This document shows, in pieces, positions 63,938 through 64,000 of a stretch of DNA of 64,000 bases. Under the pieces are notes generated by a model. The model was given only the letters and a program-made list of their open reading frames with translations. It was not told where the DNA came from and did not search any database. Every line of letters begins with the position of its first letter. Position 1 is the first letter of the stretch. Position numbers and translations under genes: made by a program. This stretch comes from an uncultured Gemmatimonadales bacterium. GTDB taxonomy: Bacteria > Gemmatimonadota > Gemmatimonadetes > Longimicrobiales > RSA9. The stretch is from assembly GCA_963816355.1 (NCBI GenBank), contig CAWFKH010000003.1, positions 320,001 to 384,000 on the forward strand. The letters run 5' to 3'.

Positions 63938-64000
63938 CGGCGTCGGCCTCGGTGAACCGGCCCGCCGTCGTTCACGATTCTTGACAGTCGGGGCGCGGGG

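Noticed and set aside
63931..63946. ANTAR-like hairpin CCGGC-AACGGC-GTCGG
   Set aside because: Single hairpin with no partner, overlapping a minus-strand -35; no clear transcript context
1..64000. tRNA, rRNA, tmRNA, prophage or integrase genes
   Set aside because: No T-loop or anticodon-arm patterns or phage/integrase motifs seen by eye; tRNAscan and cmscan not run

Overview
Very GC-rich bacterial chromosomal segment. Gene content and style (multiple SusC/SusD pairs, free-standing TonB-plug proteins, many small lipoproteins) suggest Gemmatimonadota; this is inference. About 58 CDS are supported: two SusC/SusD pairs, folK, aroB, acyl-CoA ligase, ETF alpha/beta and ETF-QO, a tupABC-fdhD-mobA-moeA operon, NAPRTase, dacB-LysM, NlpC/P60, acpS, an ANTAR regulator with a HisKA_2 kinase, glnA, a Fur/PerR regulator, DksA-like, acs, and egtD beside a betaine-type ABC transporter. 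I found no tRNA, rRNA or CRISPR array. The best candidate for an uncharacterised system is the minus-strand operon ATP-grasp / ATP-grasp / GNAT / KamA-type lysine 2,3-aminomutase (12030-15934). It is preceded by a near-leaderless 28-codon leader ORF (MKRRRF..., A/T-ending Lys/Arg codons) that runs through an antiterminator/terminator pair. This suggests a basic-amino-acid-responsive pathway making a beta-lysine-containing peptide or osmolyte. Other notable items: an IS256 transposase relic next to that operon, an NYN-LOTUS-LOTUS-HhH RNase, a catalytically dead HD-GYP/REC/DUF4388 protein, switch-like RNA leaders upstream of susC and the ANTAR operon, a Fur box at the fur promoter, and several leaderless promoters. 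Two single-base frameshifts (susD start, acyl-CoA ligase) may be assembly errors.
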